A DNA stretch of 64,000 nt, from the NCBI RefSeq assembly GCF_009834535.1, contig NC_045696.1, forward strand, positions 2,544,001-2,608,000, read 5' to 3'. A model generated the notes under the pieces. The model did no database searches, was not told the origin of the DNA, and saw only the letters and a list, made by a program, of their open reading frames with translations. The translations under genes and the position numbers were made by a program. Below, one piece after another: positions 61,706 through 64,000 of this stretch (the first letter of the stretch is position 1; each line of letters opens with the position of its first letter). The stretch comes from Camelus ferus (taxonomy: Eukaryota).

Positions 61706-64000
61706 AGTCATCGTAAACAGAACACAAACGGCCTTGGAGAAGGCCTTCCAGACCCCGGAAGTCCCCGGCCAGCCTGTGGCAGCCCCAGGAGGCTCCCAGG
61801 CTCCTCCCTGCGGCTCGGACGCCCCTGGGCCTGCTACGCCCAGCGCAGCCTGCGGCCACACACCTGGACCCGCCTCCCGGCCTGGCTGCAGGGGCTCGGC
61901 CACCGACCTGGGTGGCCCCTGGGCTGAGATAAATCCTTCTGGGTGCTTCCCTAGCTGCTCCTGCTCCTCTCTGCCCCCCGCCTCCCACCCTGAGAGCCGC
62001 ACGGCTGTCGGAGGATCCGCTGGGCTCAGGGTCCTGAGCGCTCCTTTGCCTAGGAGGGGGCCCTGACCGCCCCTCTGGCACCTGGTGCCCTGGACCCCTC
62101 CCACCTGCATGCCGCCTCACCTTCTGGGGTCCCCTGCCGTCACAGGCTCTCCTCCCCCAACACTCAGGAAACTGGCGTTGGCAGTGTTTTCTTTCCATGG
62201 GTTTTCTCGACCCTCCTACCCCTCAGGGTCAGCTTGGGGCCCCGAGTGGCAGATGCGTGGAGGAGGTAGGCACCTCAACCCGAGAGTCAGGCCAGCCCTG
62301 GATTCCTGCCACCCCCCGGCAAGTGGGAGCAGACCTCAAGCCCACGGGAGGGGTCCCCTAATATGGAGATGCTTTCTCAGTGCCCCCTTCCCAGTGTCAT
62401 CCGGTCAAGCCCTGTCCCCCTTCCTCTCTGCCGCCCAGCCTCCTGCAGTGGCCTCACACCCTCGTCAGCAGTGCCCCCGGCAGTTGTGCAAAGGGACACT
62501 TCTCACCAAGACCACCGCACAGCCTCCCCTACTTTTCTCTCTCCCTGGCCCCGGTCCCCGCCCCTCCACCTCCTCCTCACTGCCAGTCCTTTGGGACCAC
62601 CTAGGGGACCACCGCTCAGGAGCCCTGCATGAGGTCCAGCTCCCCTGGTGGCATGTTCTCTTGTCCTGGGGGCCACACGACTGGCCCAGGCTGCAGCCAA
62701 CCCACCCTGCCTGTCATTTCCAGAAGCCACTCCCTGGCACCCTCGTTGCACCCTGTGCGCCTGCAACCTCGCTCCCCACCCCCTACCTGAGCTCCTAGGG
62801 CCTGTCTCCGACTTCGCAGCCAACCAGGTACCTCAGACATCTCCCTGCCACCTCTACCATGTCCCTGCAACAAGCAGAATCCCACCAGATGGGAGAACTT
62901 TCAGGAGAGTTCCCAGACTGGAAGCCCCCGGGGCAGCAGCAGGGATGGGACCACCCAGGGTTGCGCGGGGCCCGGCCCCCAAGCCCTACCCCTCCCTCCT
63001 ACCCCCCAACCTCTGCAGGGGCTCCCAGCAGCCGAACCCCCCAGCGAGTCACCCTGCAGGGGGGCCTGGGCATCGGGGCGAGGAAGTGACCCCCTGGGGA
63101 CTTGCCACAGAGCAGGAGAATGAAGCCAGGCCGAGGGTGCCGCCCAGTTTCCCTGGAGCAGAGACGGGGTGGAAGGAAGCCGCCCTCCATCGCCGAGGGA
63201 GCACGCGCAGCTCCTGGCTTTCTGGGGGCTAAGTGACGTGTTCTCAAGAGCTCGTGCTTAGAACTGAGATGCCCACATGGCCGTAGCCGCGCTGGGAGCA
63301 GAGCCACTCATCTCCATCGCCGCCCCGAGACAGGTTCCTGACACGTCCGACTTGGAAGTCGTTGGTTCCTCCGGTTGCCACCCCACAGTGCTTCCCCTTT
63401 GCTGGACCAGGATTGGAAGAGGCTGGGGACACCTCTCCTGCCTTTGGACTGGGCTGTGGCCGTATACGGGCAAACCAAGACCTCAGGTTCCCTGATTCCT
63501 GCCTGTGCGGCCCCCTCCCAGACAGCCCGGGGGGTGGGTCCGTGTCCATGGCCAGGCCCGCCCCAGGGACTGCCTCTAGTGTAAGAGGCAGAGTGGACCA
63601 GCGTGATGTACTGCCTCCAACCACACCTGCTGTGACTGCCCTGCGTGGATGGCCCTGCAGCCATCAGGACCAGTCCTACTACTGTTGGTGCCTGGCCACC
63701 AGCGGCCACGACCCCACTGTATTACTGTCAGTGCTCAGCTGTCATTAGGACCAGCCCCATTGCTGTCACTGTCACTGCTCAGCCTTGTTGGCCAGGGCCA
63801 CCCCGCTAGGTGGTCTGTAAATCCTTGAGCAGGAAGGGATGTCTTTAGTTGAGCAGGGCCTGGGTTGGCCAAAGGCCACAGGACGCAGTGAGACGTCACC
63901 TCTCTAGTGTCAGCCCACCCCCGCCAGGTGAGGGGGGAACGGACGGGGCATGGAGTCGGAGGAGGATGAGACACCGCACGCCCACGCGGCCAAGGGTCTC

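Noticed and set aside
1..64000. Hundreds of 60-320 aa ORFs in the six-frame track
   Set aside because: They are Pro/Gly/Ala/Arg-rich, overlap on both strands, often lack a true ATG and show no recognisable domains. This is expected from stop-codon scarcity in GC-rich non-coding DNA.

Overview
This is GC-rich, non-coding-dominated eutherian mammal DNA. The tRNA-derived SINE and the young L1 3' ends resemble camelid (alpaca/camel) repeats; this assignment is from recalled consensus similarity, not a database search. I could not recognise any known protein-coding gene. The only ORFs with recognisable homology are broken LINE-1 ORF1/ORF2 pieces and a hAT transposase remnant. Well-supported content: a young 5'-truncated L1 with a 15-bp TSD that splits a hAT dimerisation-domain fossil (1.7-4.4 kb), an apparently full-length old L1 (13.15-19.8 kb), many MaLR (MLT1) LTRs, a MER21-like LTR, MER58B, MIR/L2 remnants, microsatellites and a CpG island at about 24.6-25.0 kb. 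Speculative items most worth testing: (i) a minus-strand spliced unit leaving the CpG island, with a 12-nt microexon and an 83-aa ORF; (ii) a plus-strand Kozak-initiated three-exon ORF with a TM-like segment at 58.3-59.2 kb; (iii) a local AT-to-GC/CpG-gain signal inside old repeats, suggesting GC-biased gene conversion. I cannot demonstrate a new biological system from the sequence alone. Repeat family names and boundaries are approximate unless a TSD is given.
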